A stretch of 64,000 nt of DNA from an uncultured Actinomyces sp. (GTDB taxonomy: Bacteria > Actinomycetota > Actinomycetes > Actinomycetales > Actinomycetaceae), in contig CALEXZ010000030.1 of assembly GCA_937926195.1 (NCBI GenBank), positions 1,816 through 65,815 of the forward strand, written 5' to 3'. The translations under genes were made by a program, and so were the position numbers. This document shows, piece after piece, positions 13,375 to 23,584 of this stretch (its first letter is position 1; each line of letters opens with the position of its first letter). Under the pieces are notes generated by a model. That model was not told where the DNA came from. It made no database searches and saw only the letters and a list, made by a program, of their open reading frames with translations.

Positions 13375-15078
13375 GTGACGTGTCAACCGGCCGCGGCAGC
13401 GACGACTCACCACACCGGTCCAGGCAGTGCCCTGCGCGCGGGTGTGCTCATGCGGCTTGTGTTCCTGGTGGCACTCGTCATGGTCGGCGTCGTGCCGGTC
13501 ACGGCTCATGCCGCGCAGTCCACCACCGAGGCCATCCACGTCATGGCCTTCCCCGCTTCGGATGCCATCATCCTGGAGAGCAACGGGCGTTTCGCCTTCG
13601 TCGACTCCGGTGAGGACCGTGATGCGCCCGACGGCAGCGACCCCCGCTACCCGTGGCGAGCGGGGATCGTACCCTCCTCGGACTATGAGGACACGCTGTG
13701 GGCCTACCTTGACCAGCTCGGGGTCAACGAGACGAATGTCGAGTTCTACCTGGGCACGCACGCCCACTCGGACCATATCGGGACTGCGGACACGGTGATC
13801 TCCAGGTACAAGCCGAGGAGGATCTACACCCCCGAGTACTCCGACGCCTGGATCACCGACCCCGGGCGTCTGTGGGACAACCAGTACGTCTACGACCAGA
13901 TGATCGAGGCGGCGCACCATGCCCATGAGGAGTACGGTGCGGCCCTCATCCAGCACCTGAGCCCCGGGGCCCCGCTCGTCCCGGACAGTGAGGGGGGCAG
14001 CGCCTCCCCGGAATTCGACTTCGGTGACATGCACATTGAGATCGTCAACTACGGTGAGGAGTACAAGACGAACCCGGTGCCTGACGCCAACCACATGTGC
14101 TGGGGTGTCAAGGTCACGGCCCATGGGAGGACAGCCTTCCTCGCCGGCGACATCGAGAACACCGCAGGCGCGGAGGATCGCATCGCCGGGCAGATCGGCG
14201 ACGTCGACTTTCTCAAGCTCGGACACCACGGGACCTACACCTCGAACTCCGAGCACTTCCTCGAGGTCCTCCAGCCCGAGTTCGCCGTTCAGACCGGCGC
14301 CTACAGCTACCTCTTCTCCGACACCGTCGAGATTCTCAACCGTCTGGGCACCCGGTGGTACACGGCCGAAGAGGTCCGCGCGTCAGGAACCTCGGCCGTC
14401 GTCGTCACCCTGGACGAGGCTGGTGTCTCACTCAGTGGGGTCCCGGAGGCCGTCGTCTACCGGCGCGGCAGCACCAGCCCACACGTCGTCGCCTACCAGG
14501 GCGGTCGGCCCGCCCCCCAGGACGGCTGGCGGCAGGTGGCCGGCACGTACTACTGGTTCAGCGGGAGCGCTGAGGCCGTGGAGGACATGTGGCTGGATCA
14601 GGGCGGCACCTGGTACTACCTGAGCTCCTCGGGCGCGATGGTCACCGGCTGGGGCCAGGTGGGTGGCAAGTGGTACTACTTCCGTTCCTCGGGGGGCATG
14701 GCCACCGGGTGGCTCGTCTACGGCGGCAGCTGGTACCACCTCAACGCGCTGGGGGCGATGTCGACCGGCTGGGTCCAGGACGACGGTACCTGGTACTACA
14801 TGAGGTCCTCCGGCGCCATGGCCACGGGTTGGGTTCATGACGGCAGCGCCTGGTACTACCTGCGTCCGTCGGGGGCGATGGCGACGGGCTGGGTTCATGA
14901 CGGCAGCGCCTGGTACTACCTGCGTCCGTCGGGGGCGATGGCGACGGGCTGGGTCAAGGACGGTGGTGCCTGGTACTACCTGCGCTCCTCCGGCGCCATG
15001 GCCACCGGACGGGTGAGGATCGCGGGTCGGCTGTCGGAGTTCTCCTCCAGCGGTGTCTGGCTCGGCTACCGCTCCTGA
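13375..15078 (+). CDS. Secreted MBL-fold phosphorylcholine esterase (Pce/CbpE-like) with C-terminal choline-binding repeats
   Basis: Signal peptide ending AHA (alternative ATG at 13450); SDAIILESNG.FA.VD.GED..PDGSD.RYPWR.GI, THAHSDHIG, RLWDN.Y.YD and F.FGDM match my recollection of pneumococcal Pce; about 8 GW..WYY..GAM repeats. Confidence 0.85.
   Translation: MTCQPAAAATTHHTGPGSALRAGVLMRLVFLVALVMVGVVPVTAHAAQSTTEAIHVMAFPASDAIILESNGRFAFVDSGEDRDAPDGSDPRYPWRAGIVPSSDYEDTLWAYLDQLGVNETNVEFYLGTHAHSDHIGTADTVISRYKPRRIYTPEYSDAWITDPGRLWDNQYVYDQMIEAAHHAHEEYGAALIQHLSPGAPLVPDSEGGSASPEFDFGDMHIEIVNYGEEYKTNPVPDANHMCWGVKVTAHGRTAFLAGDIENTAGAEDRIAGQIGDVDFLKLGHHGTYTSNSEHFLEVLQPEFAVQTGAYSYLFSDTVEILNRLGTRWYTAEEVRASGTSAVVVTLDEAGVSLSGVPEAVVYRRGSTSPHVVAYQGGRPAPQDGWRQVAGTYYWFSGSAEAVEDMWLDQGGTWYYLSSSGAMVTGWGQVGGKWYYFRSSGGMATGWLVYGGSWYHLNALGAMSTGWVQDDGTWYYMRSSGAMATGWVHDGSAWYYLRPSGAMATGWVHDGSAWYYLRPSGAMATGWVKDGGAWYYLRSSGAMATGRVRIAGRLSEFSSSGVWLGYRS
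14521..15075 (+). repeat. Choline-binding-type (CW_binding) 20-aa / 60-bp repeats
   Basis: ATGW-x6-WYYL-x3-GAM units; 14821-14880 and 14881-14940 differ at only 2 nt. Confidence 0.9.
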
Positions 15079-15115
15079 GCATCCGTTTCACGCCGTTGCG
15101 TATTAGCCTCATTCG

Positions 15116-15697
15116 GTGAGACGCTCCGCCCTGCTTCCCGTCACCGCCGCCCTCATCGCCCTCGCCGCTGTGGGGGGATGCGCCTCCGACTCTGGTGGTG
15201 GCGCGGCCTCCCCCTCCGGGAGCCCGACGGCGGGACCGGCCGAGGAGACGATCTCCACTGCCGCCGCCCTGGCGTCCTTCGAGGCCCCCTCGCCCCAGTG
15301 CGCAGCCATGAACGACGTCCTGCTCACGGCTCTGGCGCAGACGCCGCAGGGGCAGGCCTACACGGCAGCCCCGGACGGCACCCCCGACAGGCCGGTGCTC
15401 TGGGGTGCCTTCGCCCAGGCCCTGGAGGAGGGCTACGGCGCCCAGCTCGACGAGGCGGCGGCAGACGAGCCCACCGCGACGGGAGCCCGCACGGCCCTGA
15501 GCGAGTACACCCGGGCCTTCGCTCGCCTGAGCAGCGGTGAGGTGGTCGAGTTCTCCGACCCTCAGGCCGCGCAGGAGGCTATGGCTGCGGGCACCGTGCC
15601 GACCCCGGACCCCGAGTACACCCGCACGGTCGACGCGCTGACGACGGCCCACGTGACGCTCTCACAGTGCCTTCCGGGCTGGCCCGTCGTCTTCTGA
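15116..15697 (+). CDS. Putative lipoprotein of unknown function
   Basis: MRR + hydrophobic stretch + VGGC lipobox-like Cys, then Ser/Pro/Ala linker. Confidence 0.7.
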   Translation: MRRSALLPVTAALIALAAVGGCASDSGGGAASPSGSPTAGPAEETISTAAALASFEAPSPQCAAMNDVLLTALAQTPQGQAYTAAPDGTPDRPVLWGAFAQALEEGYGAQLDEAAADEPTATGARTALSEYTRAFARLSSGEVVEFSDPQAAQEAMAAGTVPTPDPEYTRTVDALTTAHVTLSQCLPGWPVVF

Positions 15698-15752
15698 CGA
15701 CCGGCCAGCCCGGAAGGACGGCGGCTCCGCCGTACGGCGCCCTGGCCGCGGA

Positions 15753-17450
15753 TCACGGGAAGGGGCGCACGACCGTGGGGGCGATCCTGGACCACGAGTA
15801 GCCGGCGGTGATGTGGTCCATACGCGCCGGACGTCCCATCCAGTCCGTGTGGACGACCATGTCATCGCCCAGGTAGATACTCACGTGGGTGACGACGCCG
15901 TTGGTGGTGTAGAAGATGAGGTCGCCGCGCTGACGCTGGTTGAAGGGGACGTGCTGGAAGCCCGAGTAGGCGTACAGCTCCTGCGAGGTGCGGTAGCTGG
16001 GCCAGGCGTGCCTGATGACGTCGATGGGCTGGGGGTCCATCCCGGCGGCGTACAGGGACTGCAGGACCAGGCCGGAGCAGTCGAAGCCGAAGGAGTAGGA
16101 GCCGGCACCGCCCCACGTGTAGCTCGAGCCGATCTGGGTCCAGGCGTAGCCGATCATCGCCTCGATGCGCTCGGAGCGGGTGGCGCTCAGCGACACGGGG
16201 GTCGCCTGGTACTGGTCCACCCACCAGGAGTAGCCGGTGCCCATGGCGTCCCAGGTGGCCTTGTCGACCACACCGGTCTGAGGCAGGCCCGCACGTGCCT
16301 GGAAGTTGCGCACGGCGCTCTGGAAGGTGGCGTCGACGGAGGCGAGGGTGCCCGAGCTCCAGATCCCGAGCCTCTGCTGGACGATACGGACCTTGATGCC
16401 GTTCATGCCCCAGGTGAGGTCGTTGGTGGCGTAGCCGGGGGAGGTGATGTGGTCCGTCGGCTGGAGGTAGCCCGTCGGCGCGTGGTAGCCGTACCAGACC
16501 CCGTTGGGCGCGAACTGCTCCGACTTGCCGTTGATGACCTTCTGACCGGTGACCATGACGCCGGAGGCCTCCATGTAGTACCAGGAGGAGCCGTCCTTGA
16601 CCCAGCCGGTGGCCATGGCGCCGCTGGAGCGCAGGTAGTACCAGACGCCGACCTGCGTGAACCAGCCGGTGGCCATGGCACCGCTCGGGCGCAGGTAGTA
16701 CCAGGTCTCACCCAGCCTGAGCCAGCCGGTGGCCATGCGCCCGTTCGCCGGGTCGAGGTAGAACCACGAGCCCTTGACGGAGGTCCAGCCGTGTGCGCGC
16801 TGCCCGGTCGAGCCCAGGTAGTACCAGGACCCGTCCAGCTGGAGCCAACCGGTGGCCATGGCACCCGAGGAGTGCAGGTAGTACCAGGACTCGCCCACCT
16901 GCTGCCAGCCGGTGGCCATGCGCCCGTTCGCCGGGTCGAGGTAGAACCACGTGCCACGGTCGGAGGTCCAGCCGTGCGCGCGCTGCCCGGTGGGCAGCAG
17001 GAAGAACCAGGAGCCGTCGTCCTGGACCCAGCCGGTGCTCATGTAGCCGGAGCCGTCGAAGCGGTAGACGGAGCCGTTGATGGTCGCCCACGTCGAGGCC
17101 GGGTAGGTGCCGTCCGCCAGGCGGTACCACCAGCCCCGCGAGGTCTGCTGCCAGGTGCCGGCCCCGCTGAGGTCGGGGCCGTCCAGCGGGTCCGCCGCTC
17201 CGACGGCGCCGGGTGCCGGGGCCGGCGGAGCAGCGGGCTCCGAGGCGGGTGCCTGGGTGGGCTCCGGGGCGGGTGCGTCAGCGGGTGGTGGAGACGGTTC
17301 GGGTGAGGCGGTGTCGGAGGCGGCCGAGGCGGAGGCGCTGGGGGCGGGGTCCGCCTCGTCGGCGACCGCCGGAGTGGCGGACAGGGCCAGGGCGAGGACG
17401 GCGAGCAGCGTCGCGGCCCGGCGGCGGTGCCGAAGGTGGGGGAGGGTCAT
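15753..17450 (-). CDS. Secreted NlpC/P60 (C40) peptidoglycan peptidase with choline-binding repeats and a PG-binding domain
   Basis: Signal peptide, Pro/Ala linker, about 10 repeats, AVRNFQARAGL..TGVVD..TW, YTWGG..GFDCSGL..THVSIY..VH. Confidence 0.9.
   Translation of the reverse strand: MTLPHLRHRRRAATLLAVLALALSATPAVADEADPAPSASASAASDTASPEPSPPPADAPAPEPTQAPASEPAAPPAPAPGAVGAADPLDGPDLSGAGTWQQTSRGWWYRLADGTYPASTWATINGSVYRFDGSGYMSTGWVQDDGSWFFLLPTGQRAHGWTSDRGTWFYLDPANGRMATGWQQVGESWYYLHSSGAMATGWLQLDGSWYYLGSTGQRAHGWTSVKGSWFYLDPANGRMATGWLRLGETWYYLRPSGAMATGWFTQVGVWYYLRSSGAMATGWVKDGSSWYYMEASGVMVTGQKVINGKSEQFAPNGVWYGYHAPTGYLQPTDHITSPGYATNDLTWGMNGIKVRIVQQRLGIWSSGTLASVDATFQSAVRNFQARAGLPQTGVVDKATWDAMGTGYSWWVDQYQATPVSLSATRSERIEAMIGYAWTQIGSSYTWGGAGSYSFGFDCSGLVLQSLYAAGMDPQPIDVIRHAWPSYRTSQELYAYSGFQHVPFNQRQRGDLIFYTTNGVVTHVSIYLGDDMVVHTDWMGRPARMDHITAGYSWSRIAPTVVRPFP
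16485..17160 (-). repeat. Choline-binding-type repeats including a duplicated 61-aa block
   Basis: TGQRAHGWTS..G.WFYLDPANGRMATGW occurs twice, 183 nt apart. Confidence 0.85.
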
Positions 17451-17532
17451 GGCGCAAGCCTAGGCGCTGCAACGGGGAGGCGAGGACGCGCCGGGGAGTG
17501 GTCGGCGCCGTCGGACGAGGCCGGGACAGGCG

Positions 17533-17572
17533 CGCGGCCCGGCACCCGAGTGTGCTCGGGCACCGGGCCGCG
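17533..17572 (-). terminator. Stem-loop downstream of rmlB
   Basis: CGCGGCCCGG-CA-CCCGAG-tgtg-CTCGGG-CA-CCGGGCCGCG; the two mismatches become G-U pairs only in minus-strand RNA. Confidence 0.6.
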
Positions 17573-17596
17573 GAGGGCGCACCGGCTGGGCTCAGC

Positions 17597-18595
<999 letters not shown>

Positions 18596-18888
18596 TCAGG
18601 CTCCGAGAGTCGGGGTGTGCGCGCGGGGCGCCGGTCGTCTCGGCCGCCATGATGCCACAGGGCGTCAGCCCCGGGCGCCTGCCGGGGGTGCGGGGCCGTG
18701 GCCGCCGACGGGGCAGCGGTCGGGGCCGTGTTCGGGGTGGGGGAACGTGCTGTACGTCATGTTCCGCGTCAAGGGGTCGTGGCCCGACGGGCAGACGACT
18801 ACTGTGTCACTCAGTCCCCATTTGTCACACAATTCCCACTAGTCGCACGCGACTCGCTGTGTGCTCCGTACCCAACGGAAGGAACACC

Positions 18889-21606
18889 ATGTCGGCAACC
18901 CGGCCCGTCCGCCTGGCAGCGGCCGTGTCCCTCGCGCTCGCCGGACTCGTCCCCGCGTCCCTCATCAGTGCCCCCGCCCTGGCTGAGGGCGCGCCGCAGG
19001 CGCTCACCGCCGTGCAGCGTGACGCCGCCTCCGGTCCCGTCCAGGTCATCGAGCTCACCACCCCCGCCGGCGAGGCCACCGACGTCGCCCAGGCAGGCGG
19101 TGCCGGGGGCGCCGGCAGTGCGGGCGGCACCGACGGCGCCGACGAGCCCGAGCCGCAGCAGGCCCAGGTGCCCGCCACGACCAGCGGCGGCGCCGCCGTC
19201 CTTCCCGGTGCCGACGGTGCCCTCGCGGACGCGCTGGCCGCGCTCGTGGGCACCGTCGACCCGCAGGCCGACGCGGCCCTGCTCACCGAGCCCCTCCAGG
19301 TCGACGGCTTCCTCGTCGCCGGTTTCACCTGGACCGGCTCCTCCACCCTGCCCCCGGGCACGCGGATCTACCTGCGCGTGCGCGAGAACGGGGAGTGGAC
19401 CGACTGGTACCTCAACGAGGCCTCCGACGCCGGGCGCGACGACGCCGACCCCGCCACCGGCTCCTCCGGCACCGACGAGTTCGTTACCGGTGGTGCCGAC
19501 GCCGTCCAGGCAGCCGTCGTCGCCGGCGAGGGGGGCCTGCCCGCGGACCTCTCCCTCACCCTCGTCCCCGGTGAGCCCTCCGGCGAGCAGGTCCTCACCT
19601 CCGAGCAGCTCACGGTCGTCGACGCCGCGCCGACCGGCGTCGCCCAGGACGAGAGCCCCGCGGCCCCCGGCTCACCGTCCCCCCAGGAGCAGCCCGCCCC
19701 GGCCGGTACCGACACCGCGCCGACCGCCGAGCCCTCCGCCGTCGGCACCGAGCCGGGCGGAAGCGGCGCGCACGGCCCCACGGGGACCTCCAGCGGCACC
19801 GGCGTCACCCGGGGGCTGCCGGCCCTGCTGGCCACCGCGACCACCGCCAACGGCCTGCCGGTGCCCGTGACCACCCGCTCCGAGTGGGGGGCGAGCGCCG
19901 CCTACCTCGACTGGGACCCCACCTACGTCAGCGCCAGCCACGTCGTCGTGCACCACACCGCCGGGACCAACGACTACTCCGAGGCCCAGGCGCCCGGGAT
20001 CGTGCGGGGCATCTACTACTACCACGCGGTCACCCTGGGCTGGGGCGACATCGGCTACAACTTCCTCGTCGACAAGTACGGCAACGTCTACGAGGGCCGC
20101 TACGGCACGCTCAGCGCCGCCGCCGGCACGATGGTCATCGGAGGGCACGCCTACGGCGCCAACACCGGCACGATGGGCATCTCCATGATGGGCACCTACA
20201 CCTCGGTGAGCCCCTCCGAGGCCCAGCTGCAGGCGGTCGGCAGGATCTCCGGCTGGTTCCTCGCCCGTTCCGGTGTCACCAGCGCCACGGAGTCGGCGAG
20301 CTTCACCATCCGCTCGACCGAGAAGTACACGGCGGGTCAGGTCGTCTCCCTGCCGCGTGTCCTGGCGCACCGCGACGTCGGCTACACCGCCTGCCCGGGC
20401 GACGTCGGCTACTCCCTCATGGGCAGGATCCGCACGATCGCCCAGTCCCAGATCGACGGCGGCGCAAGTGCCGGGCGGAGCTGGCAGCGCTCGGGCTCCT
20501 CCTGGAAGCTCGTCGAGGGCGGCAAGGCACTGACCGGCTGGCAGCAGGTGAGGGGCTCCTGGTACTACCTGGGCACCGACGGGATCATGCGCACCGGCTG
20601 GCAGGCGGTGGGCGGCTCCTGGTACTACCTCACCACCTCCGGTGCGATGGCCACCGGCTGGCAGCAGGTCGGCGGGTTCTGGTACTACCTCACGGCCTCG
20701 GGCGCGATGGCCACCGGCTGGCAGGCGGTGGGCGGCACCTGGTACTACCTGGAGCCCAGCGGTGCGATGGTCACCGGCTGGCAGCAGGTCGGCGGGTTCT
20801 GGTACTACCTCACGGCCTCGGGGGCGATGGCCACCGGCTGGCAGCAGGTCAACCGCGTCTGGTACTACCTCGCGGCCTCGGGCGTGGTGACGACCGGCTG
20901 GCAGGCGGTGGGCGGCACCTGGTACTACCTGGAGCCCAGCGGCGCCATGGTCACCGGGACGCGTCAGATCGACGGCGTGTGGAGCCGCTTCTCCGCCACC
21001 GGCGCCTGGTTGGGCTACGTGAACGAGGTCAGCGCCTCCGCGGGCACGACCACCGGCCTCACACCGGTCATGGCGGCGCCCAGCGGGTCGCGGGGGACGG
21101 TCATCAACAGGATGGTGAGCGCCTACCAGTCCTCCGGCCGCAGCTACCCGAGCCAGTCGCTCAGTGCCGGGGGCGCCAGCACCCTGTGGACCTTCGCCAG
21201 CATCGTCTACGACGAGGCCACGGCGGAGGGAGTGAGCCCCGAGCTGCTCTTCGTCCAGGTCATGAAGGAGACCGGCTGGCTCCAGTTCGGCGGTGACGTG
21301 AGCATCAGCCAGTTCAACTTCGGGGGGCTCGGAGCCACCGGCAACGGCAACCGGGGACTGAGCTTCACCGACGTGCGCACCGGGCTGCGCGCCCAGGTCC
21401 AGCACCTGCGCGCCTACGCCGACGCCTCCGTCACCACCGCGAGCCTCGCGCACCCGCTCGTCGACCCGCGCTTCGGCTACGTCCGCAAGGGCTCGGCGGC
21501 CTACGTCGAGCACCTGGGCATCCAGGAGAACCCCGCCGGGGCAGGCTGGGCGACGGCCAGTGGCTACGGCACGTCACTGGCGGAGATGATGCGCCAGTAC
21601 TTCTGA
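18889..21606 (+). CDS. Multidomain autolysin: Amidase_2 (PGRP-like) + choline-binding repeats + GH73 glucosaminidase-like domain
   Basis: Signal peptide; VVHHTAG, WGDIGYNFLVD, HRDV..TACPG; 7 repeats plus tail; QVMKETGW.QFGGDV..QFNFGGLGA; AAGGA RBS before ATG 18889. Confidence 0.88.
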   Translation: MSATRPVRLAAAVSLALAGLVPASLISAPALAEGAPQALTAVQRDAASGPVQVIELTTPAGEATDVAQAGGAGGAGSAGGTDGADEPEPQQAQVPATTSGGAAVLPGADGALADALAALVGTVDPQADAALLTEPLQVDGFLVAGFTWTGSSTLPPGTRIYLRVRENGEWTDWYLNEASDAGRDDADPATGSSGTDEFVTGGADAVQAAVVAGEGGLPADLSLTLVPGEPSGEQVLTSEQLTVVDAAPTGVAQDESPAAPGSPSPQEQPAPAGTDTAPTAEPSAVGTEPGGSGAHGPTGTSSGTGVTRGLPALLATATTANGLPVPVTTRSEWGASAAYLDWDPTYVSASHVVVHHTAGTNDYSEAQAPGIVRGIYYYHAVTLGWGDIGYNFLVDKYGNVYEGRYGTLSAAAGTMVIGGHAYGANTGTMGISMMGTYTSVSPSEAQLQAVGRISGWFLARSGVTSATESASFTIRSTEKYTAGQVVSLPRVLAHRDVGYTACPGDVGYSLMGRIRTIAQSQIDGGASAGRSWQRSGSSWKLVEGGKALTGWQQVRGSWYYLGTDGIMRTGWQAVGGSWYYLTTSGAMATGWQQVGGFWYYLTASGAMATGWQAVGGTWYYLEPSGAMVTGWQQVGGFWYYLTASGAMATGWQQVNRVWYYLAASGVVTTGWQAVGGTWYYLEPSGAMVTGTRQIDGVWSRFSATGAWLGYVNEVSASAGTTTGLTPVMAAPSGSRGTVINRMVSAYQSSGRSYPSQSLSAGGASTLWTFASIVYDEATAEGVSPELLFVQVMKETGWLQFGGDVSISQFNFGGLGATGNGNRGLSFTDVRTGLRAQVQHLRAYADASVTTASLAHPLVDPRFGYVRKGSAAYVEHLGIQENPAGAGWATASGYGTSLAEMMRQYF
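20530..21017 (+). repeat. Choline-binding-type 60-bp repeats
   Basis: TGWQ(Q/A)VGG.WYYL..SGAM-type unit x7, near-identical at DNA level. Confidence 0.9.
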
Positions 21607-21661
21607 GCCTGCGCCCGGGCAGGCCCCGGCTGCGGCCCGTGGGGATGCCCGGGGCGCAGGC
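21607..21661 (+). terminator. Possible stem-loop after the autolysin gene
   Basis: GCCTGCGCCCGGGCA ... TGCCCGGGGCGCAGGC imperfect inverted repeat right after the stop. Confidence 0.45.
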
Positions 21662-21733
21662 GCGCGGACGGCTATCCTCAGCCTTACCGCGGGGCGGACC
21701 GTCGCCGCCGCCGAGCACCGAGGGGGCGCCATC

Positions 21734-23560
21734 GTGGGCACGCGCACGCTGATCTACCTCCACCACGACCCGGCCGGTCGCGTCGAGGACTACATCCCCC
21801 TAGCCATCGACTCCATGCGGTCCTTCGTCGACCGCGTCCTCGTCGTCGTCAACGGCTCCCTCACCGACGATGCCCGGGACCGGCTCAACGGGGTCGCCGA
21901 CGACGTCCTCGTGCGTGAGAACGAGGGGCTCGACGTCGGCGGCTACCTCGCGGGCCTGCGGTTCCTGGGCTGGGACACGGTCGCCTCCCTCGACGGCCTC
22001 GTCCTGGCCAACAACACCTTCTTCGCTCCCGTCGCCCCCTGGGAGAGCGTGCTCGCGGTGGCCGCCGCCCGCCCCCGGGCCTCCTTCTGGGGCCTGAGCG
22101 AGCACGCCGAGCTGCGCCCGCACCCCTTCCTGGCCCGGAGGATGATGCCCCGCCACCTCCAGTCCCACTTCCTCGTCGTGCGGCCCAGGCTCCTGAAGGA
22201 CCCGGCCTTCCGCGAGTACTGGGAGACGATGCCGCCCATCACCTCCTACAACGACTCCGTGTGCCACCACGAGTCACGCTTCACCGGGCACTTCAACGCG
22301 CTGGGCCACAGCTCCTTCGCCGCCTTCCCCCTGGAGCGCTACCGCGGCGCCAACCCCTCGCTCGACGACGCCTGCGCCCTGCTGGCCGACGGCTGCCCCG
22401 CCCTTAAGCGCCGCCTGTTCTTCCACGACCCCCTCTACCTCGACCACCAGGGCGTGAGCACCCCCGCCGTCCTTGAGGCCGCCGTCGCCTCCGGCTACCC
22501 GCAGGACGTCCTGCTCGGCGGCCTCGTGCGCACGAGCGCCCCGCGCACGCTCGTCGTCAACGCGGGCCTCACCCACACGCTCAGCGGCGCGGCGCAGCCC
22601 TCCTGCCGGCCCGCGGTCCCGGTCGCGGCTCACGCGCTCGTGACCAGCGCCGAGGAGGCCGCGCGCGCCGTCGCCCGCCTGGCCGCCCTCGCCGACGTCG
22701 AGCACGCCGTCATCGCCTGCGCCGGCCCCGGTTCCCGCACCGCCCTGGAGGCGGGGCTCGCGGAGGCCCCCGACCTCGCCGCCCGCACCGAGGTGGTCAG
22801 CGCCTCCCACCCGCGCCTGGGCCCCCTCGCCTCCCTGCTCCTCGACGCCCCCGACCTGCTCGCGCGCGACGGGCTGCTGCTGCACCTGGCCGTCGGTGAG
22901 GCCGTGCGCAGCCCCGACGACGACGCCCTCGCCGGCAGCGCCACCCGCCTGGCCGAGGCGGTCGGGCTCTTCGCGGACCATGCCTCGCTCGGCCTCGTGC
23001 TGCCCGTGCTGCCCGTCGTCGGCTCGCGCGCGCATGGACACGGCTGGACGGGCAGCCAGGCGCGGGCCCGCGCCCTCGCCAGGCGCCTGGGCATCGGCGT
23101 CCCCCTGGACGCCCACACCCCGCTCGCCGCCCACGGGCGTTCCTGCCTGCTGCGCCCGAGCCTGCTCGCGCCCCTGACCGCCCTGGGCCCCACCCTCGAG
23201 GACAACGGGGAGGACCCCCTCACCGGCGCGGCCCTTGACCGGCTCCTCGCGCCCGCCTGCCTCAGCGCGGGCCTGCACTGCCGCCAGGTCCTGGGGCCCG
23301 CCGACGTGCGTGCCTACGGCCTGCTGGAGGCCCGCTACCAGGAGCTCGCCACCCTCCTGCCCTCCTCACCTTTCGAGCAGGTGCCTCACCTGGCCGCCCG
23401 CTCGGGGCCGCAGGCCTCGCTCGGCGCCGTCGTGCGCCGGGGCCTGGAGCAGCGGGCCCCCGCCCTCGCCAAGGGCCTCACACCGGTCTACCGGGCCCTG
23501 GGCGCCGCCGTCGGCGGTCTGCGCGGCCGTCTTGCCGCCGTCCGAGGACGCCGCCGCTGA
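21734..23560 (+). CDS. Rhamnan synthesis F (RgpF)-family protein with divergent C-terminal half
   Basis: VRENEGLDVGGY, LANNTFFAP, PRHLQSHFL, HESRFT, CPALKRR.FFH. Confidence 0.8.
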   Translation: MGTRTLIYLHHDPAGRVEDYIPLAIDSMRSFVDRVLVVVNGSLTDDARDRLNGVADDVLVRENEGLDVGGYLAGLRFLGWDTVASLDGLVLANNTFFAPVAPWESVLAVAAARPRASFWGLSEHAELRPHPFLARRMMPRHLQSHFLVVRPRLLKDPAFREYWETMPPITSYNDSVCHHESRFTGHFNALGHSSFAAFPLERYRGANPSLDDACALLADGCPALKRRLFFHDPLYLDHQGVSTPAVLEAAVASGYPQDVLLGGLVRTSAPRTLVVNAGLTHTLSGAAQPSCRPAVPVAAHALVTSAEEAARAVARLAALADVEHAVIACAGPGSRTALEAGLAEAPDLAARTEVVSASHPRLGPLASLLLDAPDLLARDGLLLHLAVGEAVRSPDDDALAGSATRLAEAVGLFADHASLGLVLPVLPVVGSRAHGHGWTGSQARARALARRLGIGVPLDAHTPLAAHGRSCLLRPSLLAPLTALGPTLEDNGEDPLTGAALDRLLAPACLSAGLHCRQVLGPADVRAYGLLEARYQELATLLPSSPFEQVPHLAARSGPQASLGAVVRRGLEQRAPALAKGLTPVYRALGAAVGGLRGRLAAVRGRRR

Positions 23561-23584
23561 TCCTGACTGCTACGATCCTGCGAT

